Made by a program: the position numbers and the translations under genes. Below are positions 29,336 through 39,061 of a DNA stretch of 64,000 nucleotides, one piece after another (position 1 is the stretch's first letter; every line of letters starts with the position of its first letter). The DNA is from Abditibacterium sp. (GTDB taxonomy: Bacteria; Armatimonadota; Abditibacteriia; Abditibacteriales; Abditibacteriaceae), in assembly GCA_965246885.1 (NCBI GenBank), contig OZ251992.1:992001-1056000 (forward strand), written 5' to 3'. The notes beneath the pieces were generated by a model. That model was given only the letters and a program-made list of their open reading frames with translations. It was not told the DNA's origin and made no database searches.

Positions 29336-29341
29336 AGCGGC

Positions 29342-30472
29342 TTAGCGCCCGATGCTAAAGCCACCGGCGCGGGCTTGGGCGCTAAAGGTGCTGCCGATGG
29401 CGGCGTCGAGGGAGTCTTTGCGCCCCGACTTTTCGTTGGCGCGGCGTAGGAATTCGGCGCGTTTGGCGCCCAGTTCTTGCAACTGCTTTTGCAAATCGGC
29501 GCGCTCGCGCTGCTTTTGGGCGAGGAAGTCGCGGCGACCTTGGGGTGTCATGGCGCGCATGGCGGGCGGCAGTTCCTCGGCGGGGATTTTGTCCAGATCA
29601 AAGCCTACTTCCCGGCTTTTATCTACCAAGTCCCATTCGGCGTTGCGGTATTGGTTGCCTGCTTTGGCGAGGGCGCGCGCGGCATTGGCATAAGCGCCGC
29701 CCGCGCGTAGGGCATTGGAATCTTGCGCGGCTTGGTTGGCCGAAGCGTCGCGCCCGCGCAGGCCATAGGGGAGGTACGTCCCGTTCAGCTTGTTGTTGAG
29801 CATTCCGATTGGCCCGTCATAGGGCGTGGGAAGCATGACGGAGCCGCCGTTGCCCGCGATTTCCATGTATTCGCCGCCACCCTGCGAGGCGAACTGGCGC
29901 CACGTGTCTTGGCCACCGGCGTCGCCGCAATAGATGGCGTTGATGAAAATGCCGCGCTCTTTGCCGATAGGCGCGATGAGTTGGTAGCGAATCGGGCCTT
30001 GTTGCGCGGTCTCGTTGCCAACGACATAGATGGTGCGTAGTGCGGGCACGCCGGGGCGCGGTGAACTCCAACTCATGTCTTCGATAGACTTTTGAATCGC
30101 TTCGCCGACGTATTCCTCGCTCCAACCTTCGTCCTTGAACGTCGAAAGGTGCTGGTACACGCTGTCGAGGTCGCCGGACAAGTCGAACTCGCGGTAGGTG
30201 CGGCTGGCATCGCCATAACCAAGCAAGCCAATGCGCAGGCGCGGCGCGGGTTTGGCGCGGGCGGCGTCGTTGACGATGTCCCAGATTTTCTGCTTGGCGG
30301 TTTCAATGACCGGCCCCATCGAGCCGGAGCAATCAATGGCAAAGACGATGTCCATCGGCGGGCGGCTGGCGTCGGAAAAGTCGGGGTTGGGGATGTCGCG
30401 TCCGCGCGGGGCGGCGTGAGCGGCTCCGGCACCAAGCAGCAGACCGGCGAGAAGGATCGAGTGGATTCGCAT
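29342..30472 (-). CDS. Secreted von Willebrand factor A domain protein
   Basis: Signal peptide ending AHA; DIVFAIDCSGSM MIDAS motif; INAIYCG; WDLVD. Confidence 0.85.
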   Translation of the reverse strand: MRIHSILLAGLLLGAGAAHAAPRGRDIPNPDFSDASRPPMDIVFAIDCSGSMGPVIETAKQKIWDIVNDAARAKPAPRLRIGLLGYGDASRTYREFDLSGDLDSVYQHLSTFKDEGWSEEYVGEAIQKSIEDMSWSSPRPGVPALRTIYVVGNETAQQGPIRYQLIAPIGKERGIFINAIYCGDAGGQDTWRQFASQGGGEYMEIAGNGGSVMLPTPYDGPIGMLNNKLNGTYLPYGLRGRDASANQAAQDSNALRAGGAYANAARALAKAGNQYRNAEWDLVDKSREVGFDLDKIPAEELPPAMRAMTPQGRRDFLAQKQRERADLQKQLQELGAKRAEFLRRANEKSGRKDSLDAAIGSTFSAQARAGGFSIGR

Positions 30473-30624
30473 AACCCTTAGAAGACCGTCGCGCCCCAAT
30501 GTTTTGTTCCCGCACGCCGGGAAAAGTTATCCATCAATCGGCGGCATCTTTTCGCCAACGCGCTTCAAGTCCCGCGCCGCGCTTGGGTGTCCTACTCTTA
30601 CTGTCCAATTGGGGAAAACTTGCC

Positions 30625-31545
30625 ATGACCGCCACCTTGCCCACCAATCAACTCACCGACCACCAGCGCGAAATCGCCGACTTCTACGCCGAAAACGGCT
30701 TTTACGTTTACCCCGACGCCCTTTCCGCCGACGAAGTGCAGGAACTGCGCGATGAGACCATCCGCATCTGCGCGGGCGAGTTGGGGTCAATTGCGGGCAC
30801 AAACGCCGCCCGCATGGAAGGCGAGACGGACGACGAACTGCTTCGCCGCTTCCTGTGCATCCACTTCCCGCACAAAATCTCCGACGTCATGTTCGACGCC
30901 CTCGCGCACCCGGCCATCGTTGAAACCCTCACTGCCTGCGTGTCGCCCAACGTCAAGGCGATGCAGTCCATGCTGTTCATCAAGGCGGCGGGCAAACCCG
31001 GCCAAGCGTGGCACCAAGACGAAGATTACATCCCCACGCGCGACCGCTCGCTTGTCGGGGCGTGGATTGCCCTCGACGATGCCACCGTCGAAAACGGCTG
31101 CCTCTGGATCATCCCCGGCTCGCACAAGCCCGGCATCTTGTGGGATCAACAGTGGCACGGTGACAAGCGCTTCGACTGCGCCCTCGAAAGCCGCGACTTC
31201 CCTTACTGCGACGAGGACGCGGTTCCCGTCGAAGTCAAGGCCGGAACCATCGTCTTCTTCAATGGCTACACCCTCCACCGCTCCCTCCCCAACGTGGCGA
31301 AGGGCGGCTATCGCCGCGCTCTCGTTAATCACTACATGAGCGCCGAGTCGTTTCTGCCTTGGTTCGGCCCCCGCAAGAACGAGCCGCGCGACCAAAAGGG
31401 CATCGCCAAACTCGACTTCCGCGACATCGTGATGATCGCCGGAACCGACCCCTACGCCCATCACGGAACCGAAAACCGCACCGGCCCCATGCTACGCGGC
31501 GACGGCAAAGGCGGCTGCGGCAACGGCATGGATTACGAGGACTAA
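30625..31545 (+). CDS. Second PhyH family Fe/2OG dioxygenase
   Basis: FYAENGF, QSMLFIK, AWHQDEDY, WIALDDATVENGCLWIIPGSH, LHRSLPN. Confidence 0.92.
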   Translation: MTATLPTNQLTDHQREIADFYAENGFYVYPDALSADEVQELRDETIRICAGELGSIAGTNAARMEGETDDELLRRFLCIHFPHKISDVMFDALAHPAIVETLTACVSPNVKAMQSMLFIKAAGKPGQAWHQDEDYIPTRDRSLVGAWIALDDATVENGCLWIIPGSHKPGILWDQQWHGDKRFDCALESRDFPYCDEDAVPVEVKAGTIVFFNGYTLHRSLPNVAKGGYRRALVNHYMSAESFLPWFGPRKNEPRDQKGIAKLDFRDIVMIAGTDPYAHHGTENRTGPMLRGDGKGGCGNGMDYED

Positions 31546-31565
31546 CGAAGAGCAGACAGGGGCAG

Positions 31566-31598
31566 GGGCGTAAACTGAGCATCAGTTTACGCCCTTTT
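31566..31598. terminator. Hairpin terminator between convergent phyH and ada genes
   Basis: gggcgtaaactga-gca-tcagtttacgccc followed by tttt; overlaps the ada stop codon. Confidence 0.7.
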
Positions 31599-32499
31599 CA
31601 CGTTCAAGCAGGCGCCGTTTGCGCTCGATGTTCCAATGGAAGCCGGACAGTTCGCCGTTTTTGCCGACGACGCGGTGGCAGGGATGCACGAGCGCGACGG
31701 GGTTGCGGGCACACGCCGACGCGACGGCGCGCACAGCCGTAGGTTGCCCGATGCGCGCCGCCAAGGCGGAGTAGGAGACAGTCTCGCCGCGCCCGATGTG
31801 TTGCAGTTCGCGCCACACCCGCGCTTGCAGAGCCGTCGCGCGCACATCAAGGGGCAAGTCGGGAAACGCGCTGTCTCCGGCGAGCGACGCGAGAACGCAC
31901 TCCATCTCTCCTTTTAACCCCGCGTCATCGCGCGAGATGTCGGCGGCAGCGAAAAACTCCTTCCGCAAGCCCGCTTCGAGTTCGGCTTCACCCTCTCCCA
32001 AGGCAAGCGAGCAAACTCCCCGCTCGGTGCGCGCCACTAAGACCACGCCCACCTCCGATGGCGCGAAGGCGAAGCGGATGGCCGCTCCCACCCCGCCGCG
32101 CTTGTAAGTGGCGGGCGTCATGCCGAGTTGCGCGGGCGCGCGTTCGTAGAGGGCACGGGCCGAGCCGAAACCGGCTTCGAGTTGCGCTTCCAAGACGGTT
32201 TTGCCGCCGCGCAGTTCGCGCTTGAGCGTTTCCATGCGCTGAGCTTCCCCGACGTCGCGCGCCAAAGCAAGCGCCGGGGCCGCCCGTTTCGCTTCGGGGC
32301 GGCAACGCTTGCACGCGCGAAACCCGGCATCCTTGGCCTGCGCGGGGGTGTCGAAGAACGCGACGTTCTCGGCGCGCGGGCGCTTCGCGGGGCAAGTGGC
32401 GCGGCAAAAGACGCGCGTCGAGGACACGGCGTATACAAAATTGTCGGCGGCGCGCGGGTCGCGGTTGAGGACGGCCTGCCATTTCTGGGCGTTGGTCAT
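31582..32499 (-). CDS. ada: Ada-like methylated-DNA--protein-cysteine methyltransferase with N-terminal Zn domain
   Basis: FCRATC...GFRACKRC Zn site; AVASACARNP, PCHRV active site. Confidence 0.9.
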   Translation of the reverse strand: MTNAQKWQAVLNRDPRAADNFVYAVSSTRVFCRATCPAKRPRAENVAFFDTPAQAKDAGFRACKRCRPEAKRAAPALALARDVGEAQRMETLKRELRGGKTVLEAQLEAGFGSARALYERAPAQLGMTPATYKRGGVGAAIRFAFAPSEVGVVLVARTERGVCSLALGEGEAELEAGLRKEFFAAADISRDDAGLKGEMECVLASLAGDSAFPDLPLDVRATALQARVWRELQHIGRGETVSYSALAARIGQPTAVRAVASACARNPVALVHPCHRVVGKNGELSGFHWNIERKRRLLEREKGVN

Positions 32500-32577
32500 G
32501 GCCTTTGGGTTTAAACGCTCTCCGACGCCGCGTCTTTCCAATTTGGCGTTTCAAACCGAAATTCTTCGCGCCAGCGT

Positions 32578-32681
32578 CGTCTGTCACCGATTGCCACACG
32601 TCTGCCAGCGATTCGCGCACGTCTGCCAGCGATTCGCGCACGTCTGCCAGCGATTCCCACATGCGTGGGAATCAGTGACAG
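32578..32681. repeat. 21-bp tandem repeat array (family A) with inverted ends
   Basis: cacgtctgccagcgattcgcg about 3x; CGTCTG recurs at 32578, 32599, 32620 and 32641; terminal ctgtcaccgatt / aatcagtgacag are inverted. Confidence 0.85.
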
Positions 32682-32700
32682 GCCCCCGTGAATCGAAGAA

Positions 32701-33078
32701 TTACGTCTGTGAGAGCGTCGCCAACAATCGGCAATTGGCCGCCGGAAACTCTTCTGCTTTCAATGCCGTCCGTGACCGCCACACCGCCCCCGTTGCTTTG
32801 CCCGCCACTGCTCGCGCCTCGAAGGGATAAAGCGTTACGCGCCGCTCCGGGTACTCCCACTCGATTGCGTCGAGCGCTCGCACTATCTCGATTGTCAACC
32901 CCGTTTCCTCGCGCGCTTCGCGAATGGCGGCTTGCTCTGGTGTCTCGCCCGCCTCGACTTTGCCGCCGGGAAACTCCCACATTCCCGGCAGGTGGTTGGC
33001 ATCCGGCGGGCGTTGTTGCACCAGCACTCTCTCCTCGTCCATAATCAAGGCGAGGGCAATATGTAAGTGCGGCTTCAT
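32701..33078 (-). CDS. MutT/NudG-like NUDIX hydrolase
   Basis: [27 protein letters not shown]udix box; FPAAN. Confidence 0.9.
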   Translation of the reverse strand: MKPHLHIALALIMDEERVLVQQRPPDANHLPGMWEFPGGKVEAGETPEQAAIREAREETGLTIEIVRALDAIEWEYPERRVTLYPFEARAVAGKATGAVWRSRTALKAEEFPAANCRLLATLSQT

Positions 33079-33091
33079 CTGCTGTGTTGCC

Positions 33092-34351
33092 TTAGTCTAA
33101 GGGGCGTAGCACCAAGCCAGTGACCAATTTTGGAAAGAAGTAGGTGGACTTTTGCGGCATTTTGTCGCCCGCGTCGGCGACTTGTTGGACTTGCTCGACG
33201 GGGATGCCGCGCAACAAGAAGGCCGCGCTCGCTCCTCCCGATTGAACGTAGTTCTCGGCTTCCCCGGCGTGGATGGTATATGTGACGAACCCGCCCGCCG
33301 CCAATTGCTCGGCGCCAATGCCCAGTTCGCGCTCCAAAATCAGTTGGTGGAGGAGCGAAACGTTGAGGGCGTTGAAAGCGTCCGACTTGGTGTTGTCCAT
33401 CGGCTTCGGGCCGCTTTTGGCGGTCAAGAGGGCGTATTGGCCGGGCAGAATAAGGCCGATTGAAGCGTCGCCGCCTTCGGAGTTCAGCACGCTGTCGAGC
33501 GCCTCGAACGAGTCGAGCGGCTCGACATCGAAGAGGGGCGCGAGCTTCGCCAATAAGCCGTCCGCATCCACGTTCTTCACGACGCGGTGCGTGGGCAAAA
33601 CGATGAGACCGTCGTCTTGCATCGAGACGCACAGCATCATGACCGCGTTTTCGCCGCCGTTTTCGCTGCCGGTTTCGGCGAGGTAGTTGAGCGCGGTTTC
33701 GTAGCGGTGGTGGCCGTCGGCAATGAGAACCGACTCGTTCTCGAAAGCCGCTTCGAGGCCGTTGACGGTTTCGTCATCGAGCACGCGCCACAAGCGGTGG
33801 GTCACGCCGTCATCGGTGGTGGCCTCCATGTGCGGCGCAGTGTTGGCGATGGCGTTGCCGATGAGTCCGTCTATCCAGCCGTCGTTGTCTTTGACGAGGC
33901 CGAAGATGGGGCTGGTGTTGGTGCGCGTCGCGCGGAGCAAGTTGAGGCGGTCGGCTTTGGGGCCAGACAACGTGTGCTCGTGCGGCAAGACGCCCTTGCC
34001 AAATGGTTCAAGCGTGAGGGCGCCCAACACGCCGCGCCGCTTCCGTGTTCCGTCCAAACCGGGCACGGCGAACTCCTGCTCATACAAGTAGAAGGCCGCA
34101 TCGTCGCGCTCTAAGATGCCCTCCTCCTTCCACCCCTTGAGCAGGGCGGCTGACTGCGCGTATTGCTGCGGTGTGGCGCTCTCGCCGTAGCGGGCGGCGA
34201 GTTCGACGGCAACGATGTTGTGCGCGTCGTGAGCGAGCAGTTCGTCGCGCGCGGCGCCCTTAATCACGTCGTAAGGCGGACAAAGGACTTTGCCCAAGGT
34301 GACGCGCCCCGTATTGTAGCGTAAGCCGCGAAAGGAAGTGAATTGTGCCAT
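33092..34351 (-). CDS. DUF1015 family protein
   Basis: [45 protein letters not shown]. Confidence 0.92.
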   Translation of the reverse strand: MAQFTSFRGLRYNTGRVTLGKVLCPPYDVIKGAARDELLAHDAHNIVAVELAARYGESATPQQYAQSAALLKGWKEEGILERDDAAFYLYEQEFAVPGLDGTRKRRGVLGALTLEPFGKGVLPHEHTLSGPKADRLNLLRATRTNTSPIFGLVKDNDGWIDGLIGNAIANTAPHMEATTDDGVTHRLWRVLDDETVNGLEAAFENESVLIADGHHRYETALNYLAETGSENGGENAVMMLCVSMQDDGLIVLPTHRVVKNVDADGLLAKLAPLFDVEPLDSFEALDSVLNSEGGDASIGLILPGQYALLTAKSGPKPMDNTKSDAFNALNVSLLHQLILERELGIGAEQLAAGGFVTYTIHAGEAENYVQSGGASAAFLLRGIPVEQVQQVADAGDKMPQKSTYFFPKLVTGLVLRPLD

Positions 34352-34384
34352 GATGGTAGTTTGCTCCGCGCCGGGGTGCGCGGC

Positions 34385-36154
34385 TTAGTTTGCGCCCTTG
34401 GCCGCACTCAAGCGCGCTTCCAATTCGGCGACGCCCGCGAGGACTTCCGCTTCGGACAGCGCGCCGTTGACCGCACCCGCGAGCGCGAGTTGCAACCGGT
34501 CGCCCTTGGAGTGGGCTTGCAGAGCGTCGGCCCTGTGTTTGAGCTTGGGTTCGCCCTCGTGCAGAAGCGAGACGCCGGTCATGGCGGGCGGTTGGGCGAC
34601 GCGCATCAGGTCGAGCAGGGTGGGCGCGACATCGGCCAAGCGTCCGCCTGCGCGCAGTTTGGCGCTCTCCGTCCCGACGCCGAACAGGATGCACGGCACG
34701 GGGTTGGTGGTATGGGCGGTTTGGGGCACGTTGTGCACGAAGTCGAACTCCTGCTCGCAGTTGCCGTGATCGGCGATAACGAGCAGGTTGCCGCCGACGC
34801 GCTCGATGGCGGGGATGATCTCGCCCAAGCCGTTGTCGGCGGCTTCGACGGCGCGGATGGCCGCTTCCAACACGCCGGTGTGCCCGACCATATCGGTTTG
34901 GGCGTAGTTGAGGATGATGAGGTCAAAGCGCTGGGCGAGGATGGCGGCGACGACTTTTTCGGTCACTTCGGGCGCGCTCATTTCGGGCTGGAGGTCGTAG
35001 GTGGCGACATCCGGGGAGTTGACGAGGATGCGTTCTTCGCCCGCCCAAGGCGTTTCCATGCCGCCGGAAAAGAAGAAGGTGACGTGCGGGTATTTTTCGG
35101 TCTCGGCGATGCGCAGTTGGGTCTTCCCGGCTTTGGCGACAGTTTCACCCAGACCGTCGTGTTGCGGGCGGGGGCCAAAAGCGTAGGGGGCGGTCTGCGC
35201 TTCGGAGTAGCGCGTCATTGAGGCGAGGAACACGTCGGGCACGACTTCTCTTTTGAAGCGGGCGCGCTCGGCGTCGGGCTGGACGGGCAAGTCGCGGTCG
35301 AAGTCGGGGTCGAGGAAGAGTTGCATGAGTTCCCTTCCCCGGTCGGAGCGGTAGTTCCACAGCACAACCGCGTCGCCGCTTTGGATGCGTGGGCGGACGG
35401 CGCCGTCTGGCCCTTGGACGGCGGTGGCGCCAATGAACTCGTCGGTTTCGCCGCGCTCGTAGGCGGACTGAACGGCGGCAACGGCGTCGGGCGCGGTGTG
35501 GCCCTTGCCCTGCGTGAGGCACTCGTAGGCTTGCCGGACGCGCGGCCAGCGCGTGTCCCTGTCCATCGCGTAGTAGCGGCCAATGACGCTGCCAACGCAG
35601 CCGCACCCCGTCGCCACCATTTTTTCCAGCAAGCGCGCGACAAAGCCCGCGCCCGACTGCGGCGCGGTGTCGCGCCCATCGGTGAAGGCGTGCACAACGA
35701 CTTGGTCGCCCTTGAGTCCGTGCCGCGCGGCCATTTCGAGAAGCGCGAGGTAATGGCTTTCGCTCGCATGGACGCCGCCGCTACTGGCGAGGCCCATCAA
35801 GTGCAAGCGCGCGCCGCTTCCTTGCACGTGCTTGATGGCATCGAGGAAAACTTCGTTGTCGAAGAACTCGCCGCTTGCCAACGAGTTGTCAATGAGCAGG
35901 GAGTCTTGAAACACGACGCGCCCCGCGCCGATGTTGAGGTGCCCGACCTCGGAGTTGCCCATGATGCCCCCCGGCAGTCCGACATCTTCGCCCGACGCTT
36001 GGAGCGTGGTGTGCGGGCAAGAGTTCCACAAGCGGTCGAAGTTGGGCTTGCGCGCGAGGGCAACGGCGTTGGCGCGCGCGTCATCGGACAACCCGAAGCC
36101 GTCCAAGATCACGAGCATCACCGGACGCGGAATGGTGGCAGAAAGCGAGGACAT
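34385..36154 (-). CDS. gpmI: 2,3-bisphosphoglycerate-independent phosphoglycerate mutase
   Basis: LDGFG, MGNSEVGH, DGRDT, GRYYAMDRD, AETEKYPHVTFF, DMVGHTG, ADHGN. Confidence 0.97.
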   Translation of the reverse strand: MSSLSATIPRPVMLVILDGFGLSDDARANAVALARKPNFDRLWNSCPHTTLQASGEDVGLPGGIMGNSEVGHLNIGAGRVVFQDSLLIDNSLASGEFFDNEVFLDAIKHVQGSGARLHLMGLASSGGVHASESHYLALLEMAARHGLKGDQVVVHAFTDGRDTAPQSGAGFVARLLEKMVATGCGCVGSVIGRYYAMDRDTRWPRVRQAYECLTQGKGHTAPDAVAAVQSAYERGETDEFIGATAVQGPDGAVRPRIQSGDAVVLWNYRSDRGRELMQLFLDPDFDRDLPVQPDAERARFKREVVPDVFLASMTRYSEAQTAPYAFGPRPQHDGLGETVAKAGKTQLRIAETEKYPHVTFFFSGGMETPWAGEERILVNSPDVATYDLQPEMSAPEVTEKVVAAILAQRFDLIILNYAQTDMVGHTGVLEAAIRAVEAADNGLGEIIPAIERVGGNLLVIADHGNCEQEFDFVHNVPQTAHTTNPVPCILFGVGTESAKLRAGGRLADVAPTLLDLMRVAQPPAMTGVSLLHEGEPKLKHRADALQAHSKGDRLQLALAGAVNGALSEAEVLAGVAELEARLSAAKGAN

Positions 36155-36166
36155 AGTGGTCGGAAA

Positions 36167-36592
36167 CTAATACAACTCCGGCGTTTGGTAGTCGCGGGAA
36201 ATGACGGCGATGCAGTCCATTTCCAGTTCGGCGTCCTTGGGCAGGCGGGCGACTTGAACGGTGGCGCGGGCGGGGAGGAGGTTGGTCGAAGTGGGGGTGT
36301 TGGGAAAAAAGAGCGCGAAGATGCGGTTCATTTCGTCGAACTGGTTGAGGTCAATCATGTAGATGGTGATTTTGACCACGTCGTCCAAGCGGGCGCCGCC
36401 TTCTTCGAGGATTTCGCGCAGGTTGACCAGCACCTGCTCGGTTTGCACCGCGATGGAGCCGCCGACCAGTTCGTTGGTTTTGGGGTTGATGGGCAGTTGG
36501 CCCGAAACGTAGATGGTGTCGTTGACCTTGACGCCCTGCGCGTAGGGGCCAAGCGCGGCGGGCGCGTCGGCGGTGGCGATGATTTCTTTCAT
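36167..36592 (-). CDS. RidA family enamine/imine deaminase
   Basis: APAALGPYAQG, YVSGQLP, PARATVQVARLPK. Confidence 0.93.
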   Translation of the reverse strand: MKEIIATADAPAALGPYAQGVKVNDTIYVSGQLPINPKTNELVGGSIAVQTEQVLVNLREILEEGGARLDDVVKITIYMIDLNQFDEMNRIFALFFPNTPTSTNLLPARATVQVARLPKDAELEMDCIAVISRDYQTPELY

Positions 36593-36601
36593 ACGCCTAA
36601 T

Positions 36602-37372
36602 TTACCGCGTTTGGGCGGACAGGCGCGCTTCGCGCTCGCGCAGGGTGCGCGCGGCGGTTTCGAGATCGGAGGGCTTGTCTATGTCGAAAGCGATGGTTGC
36701 GTCGGGCATGCGCACGGCGCCCGCGCGACAGCCGATGAGGGCGGAGACTTTGGCTTCGACATCCTCAACCGAAAGCCGCCCCGCGAGGGCACGCGCGATG
36801 AATCCGGCGCCAAGCATCTTGGCAAGGGCGAAGGGGTTTTTGCGGGCCGCGAACGCCCCGGCGATGAGCGTTTCGAGCGATTCGAGATGCGCGCGCGGCA
36901 AGAGGAAGGCGTTGCCGCCCGTCCATTGACTGCCCGAAAGCGGAGCGTAGGTGCGACTGCCACCGGGAAACTGCGCGTCGCAGTTGGCTTTGGACACGAT
37001 GGGATAAGCGGCTTCGAGCAAGTTCACGGCGGCGCCATCGAGGAACTGCATCCACGTTTGCCCCGTAGCGAGGGGCAAGTCGCCGGTCACGATGAGAACG
37101 CGCTCCCCCTTGGCGGCGCGCGCGCCTTTGAAGAGGTTATCGGTCAGCCGCTCGCCCGACGGCAAGCCGCGCACATCGGACGACAGCGACTCCAGCGCCA
37201 AGGGCGTCGCCACGCAGATGATGCCCGTGATGGGCGGCACGCCGCGCAGCGACTCGACGACGTGGTCTACGAGCGGGCGCCCCGCGAGCGGGATAAGCGC
37301 GCGTTCGGGGGCGTCGGTGGCCCCGCGCAGGGCGGGGGGAATGGGGCCACCGGCCAAAATGACGGCTTCCAT
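36602..37372 (-). CDS. MobA-like NTP-transferase domain protein
   Basis: AVILAGG, ALIPLAGRPL, TGDLP, FDIDKPSDL. Confidence 0.82.
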   Translation of the reverse strand: MEAVILAGGPIPPALRGATDAPERALIPLAGRPLVDHVVESLRGVPPITGIICVATPLALESLSSDVRGLPSGERLTDNLFKGARAAKGERVLIVTGDLPLATGQTWMQFLDGAAVNLLEAAYPIVSKANCDAQFPGGSRTYAPLSGSQWTGGNAFLLPRAHLESLETLIAGAFAARKNPFALAKMLGAGFIARALAGRLSVEDVEAKVSALIGCRAGAVRMPDATIAFDIDKPSDLETAARTLREREARLSAQTR

Positions 37373-37390
37373 GAGGGAGGGCTTGGGGTG

Positions 37391-38374
37391 TTAGAACCCC
37401 CCCGGCATGTAGCCGCCCCCGCCCGGTGGGGGCGGTGGGACAGCGCGCACGATGGGGGCTTGCGGCGCGGACGGCATCGGGGCGCCGTTGGTCGGGTTCT
37501 GGAGCAAGTTCGCTTGGTTCTGGGCGGCCAGACCGGTCATGGCGCCCAGATTCATCGAGTCAAGCGCCGACGAGGGCACGATAATCATCGACCCTTTGTC
37601 CTTCATGCCCTCGTAAAGCATGTTCATGGCGCGCAGATGCAGGGCGGTCGGGCTTTGCTCGTAGAGCTTGGCCGCTTCCATGAACTTGGCGGCGACTTGG
37701 ACTTCCGACTCGCCCAAGATGATGCGCGCTTGGCGCTCGCGCTCGGCCTGCGCTTGGCGGCTCATGGCGTCTTGCAGGGCGGCGGGGATGGTCACGTCGC
37801 GGATCTCGACGCTCGTGACTTCGACGCCCCAAGGCTCCGTCCGGTTGTCAATGAGGGTCTTGAGGATGTTGTCTATCTTGTCGCGGCCCGACAGGATGTC
37901 GGCGAGGGTCGAGCGGCCAATGACGTCGCGCAGCGCCGTTTGCGCGGCCCAGCCGATGGCTTGGCTGTACTCCTGCACTTCCAAGATGGCCTTTTCTGGG
38001 TTGACGACGCGCCAGAACAAGACCGCGTCCACGTCAACGGGCACGGTGTCGGCGGTGATGGATTGCTCGGCTTTAAAAGTCGAGGTGATGGTGCGCAGGT
38101 CTATGACGCGCGCCACGTTTTGCGCGACGGGCGTGATGAAGAACAGCCCCGGCCCGCGCATGCCCGCGAAGCGCCCGAAGTTGAGCACAACGGCGCGCTC
38201 CCACTGCGCCACCATGCGGATGGCCGACGACAACAGCCACGCCGCGATAAGCGTAACCACGCCCATCAAGATGCCGAGAAGCGCCGACACCGAAAACAAA
38301 ACCGCCGAAATGACGCCGCCGATGACTACGACGATGAGCCACACAAGAGCACGAAGTCCAGAATCTACTTGCAT
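37391..38374 (-). CDS. SPFH/band-7 (stomatin/slipin) family membrane protein
   Basis: N-terminal TM segments, QWERAVV, AQTALRDVIG, VEIRDV, AMSRQAQAERERQAR. Confidence 0.93.
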   Translation of the reverse strand: MQVDSGLRALVWLIVVVIGGVISAVLFSVSALLGILMGVVTLIAAWLLSSAIRMVAQWERAVVLNFGRFAGMRGPGLFFITPVAQNVARVIDLRTITSTFKAEQSITADTVPVDVDAVLFWRVVNPEKAILEVQEYSQAIGWAAQTALRDVIGRSTLADILSGRDKIDNILKTLIDNRTEPWGVEVTSVEIRDVTIPAALQDAMSRQAQAERERQARIILGESEVQVAAKFMEAAKLYEQSPTALHLRAMNMLYEGMKDKGSMIIVPSSALDSMNLGAMTGLAAQNQANLLQNPTNGAPMPSAPQAPIVRAVPPPPPGGGGYMPGGF

Positions 38375-38404
38375 TGGTGAATTCCTCCGAAAACGAGCGG
38401 CAGT

Positions 38405-39058
38405 TTAGGGGGTCGCGCGCGGCTCCAGTCGGGCCAGTAGCCCCGCGAGCGCGCCCCACTCCCCGGCCACCTCCCGCGCGGGCCGCGCCAACCACTGATT
38501 TACCGCTTCGCCCGCCCCGTTGCGTTCGAGAACAAAGAAGATGGCGCCTTCGCCGCTTGGCGCTTCACCCGCCAACGCGCGGGCCGAGGAGTTCGCTTCC
38601 ACCGCTCCGCACACCATCATGTCCGCTTGCCCCAACAGCAGAGCATCGCGTCCCGTCTCCAAAGCATCTAACCCCGCCCGCACGCCGCATAATGGGTTGT
38701 GCGAGCCGCGTATTTCCCACTCGATGCTCAGTATCGCGGCGGGCGAATTGAAAAACGAATGCGAAAAGAGGAGCGGCGACACCGTCTTGGCGCCCGCTTC
38801 GGCGAGCTTTCCTTCAAAGGCCGCCATCGTTGCCACCGCCCCGAACTGCGTCCCGACGCATAATCCCACGGAGTCGCCGAGCGGCGCCGTAAGCCCCGCG
38901 TCCCGCAAGGCGAGCGAACACGCCGCGAGCGCCAACGCCGAAGCGCGGTCGAGATACGTCTTGGGCGCGACCGGATAACCCGCCAAGTCGAAAGCGGGCA
39001 GGGCGAACTCCCCCTCAACGGGAAGAACGGTGGCGAGCGAGCGGATGGTGATGGGCAT
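38405..39058 (-). CDS. Short non-catalytic beta-ketoacyl synthase-like protein (chain-length-factor type)
   Basis: LDRASALALAA, GLCVGTQFG, SPLLFSHSFFNSPAA, GEGA; no His-His catalytic half; directly downstream of a KS gene. Confidence 0.75.
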   Translation of the reverse strand: MPITIRSLATVLPVEGEFALPAFDLAGYPVAPKTYLDRASALALAACSLALRDAGLTAPLGDSVGLCVGTQFGAVATMAAFEGKLAEAGAKTVSPLLFSHSFFNSPAAILSIEWEIRGSHNPLCGVRAGLDALETGRDALLLGQADMMVCGAVEANSSARALAGEAPSGEGAIFFVLERNGAGEAVNQWLARPAREVAGEWGALAGLLARLEPRATP

Positions 39059-39061
39059 GGG

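Noticed and set aside
35321..38380. 1019-aa plus-strand ORF
   Set aside because: It is the antisense shadow of gpmI, ridA, the NTP transferase and the SPFH gene. High GC suppresses stops, and it has no recognisable motifs.
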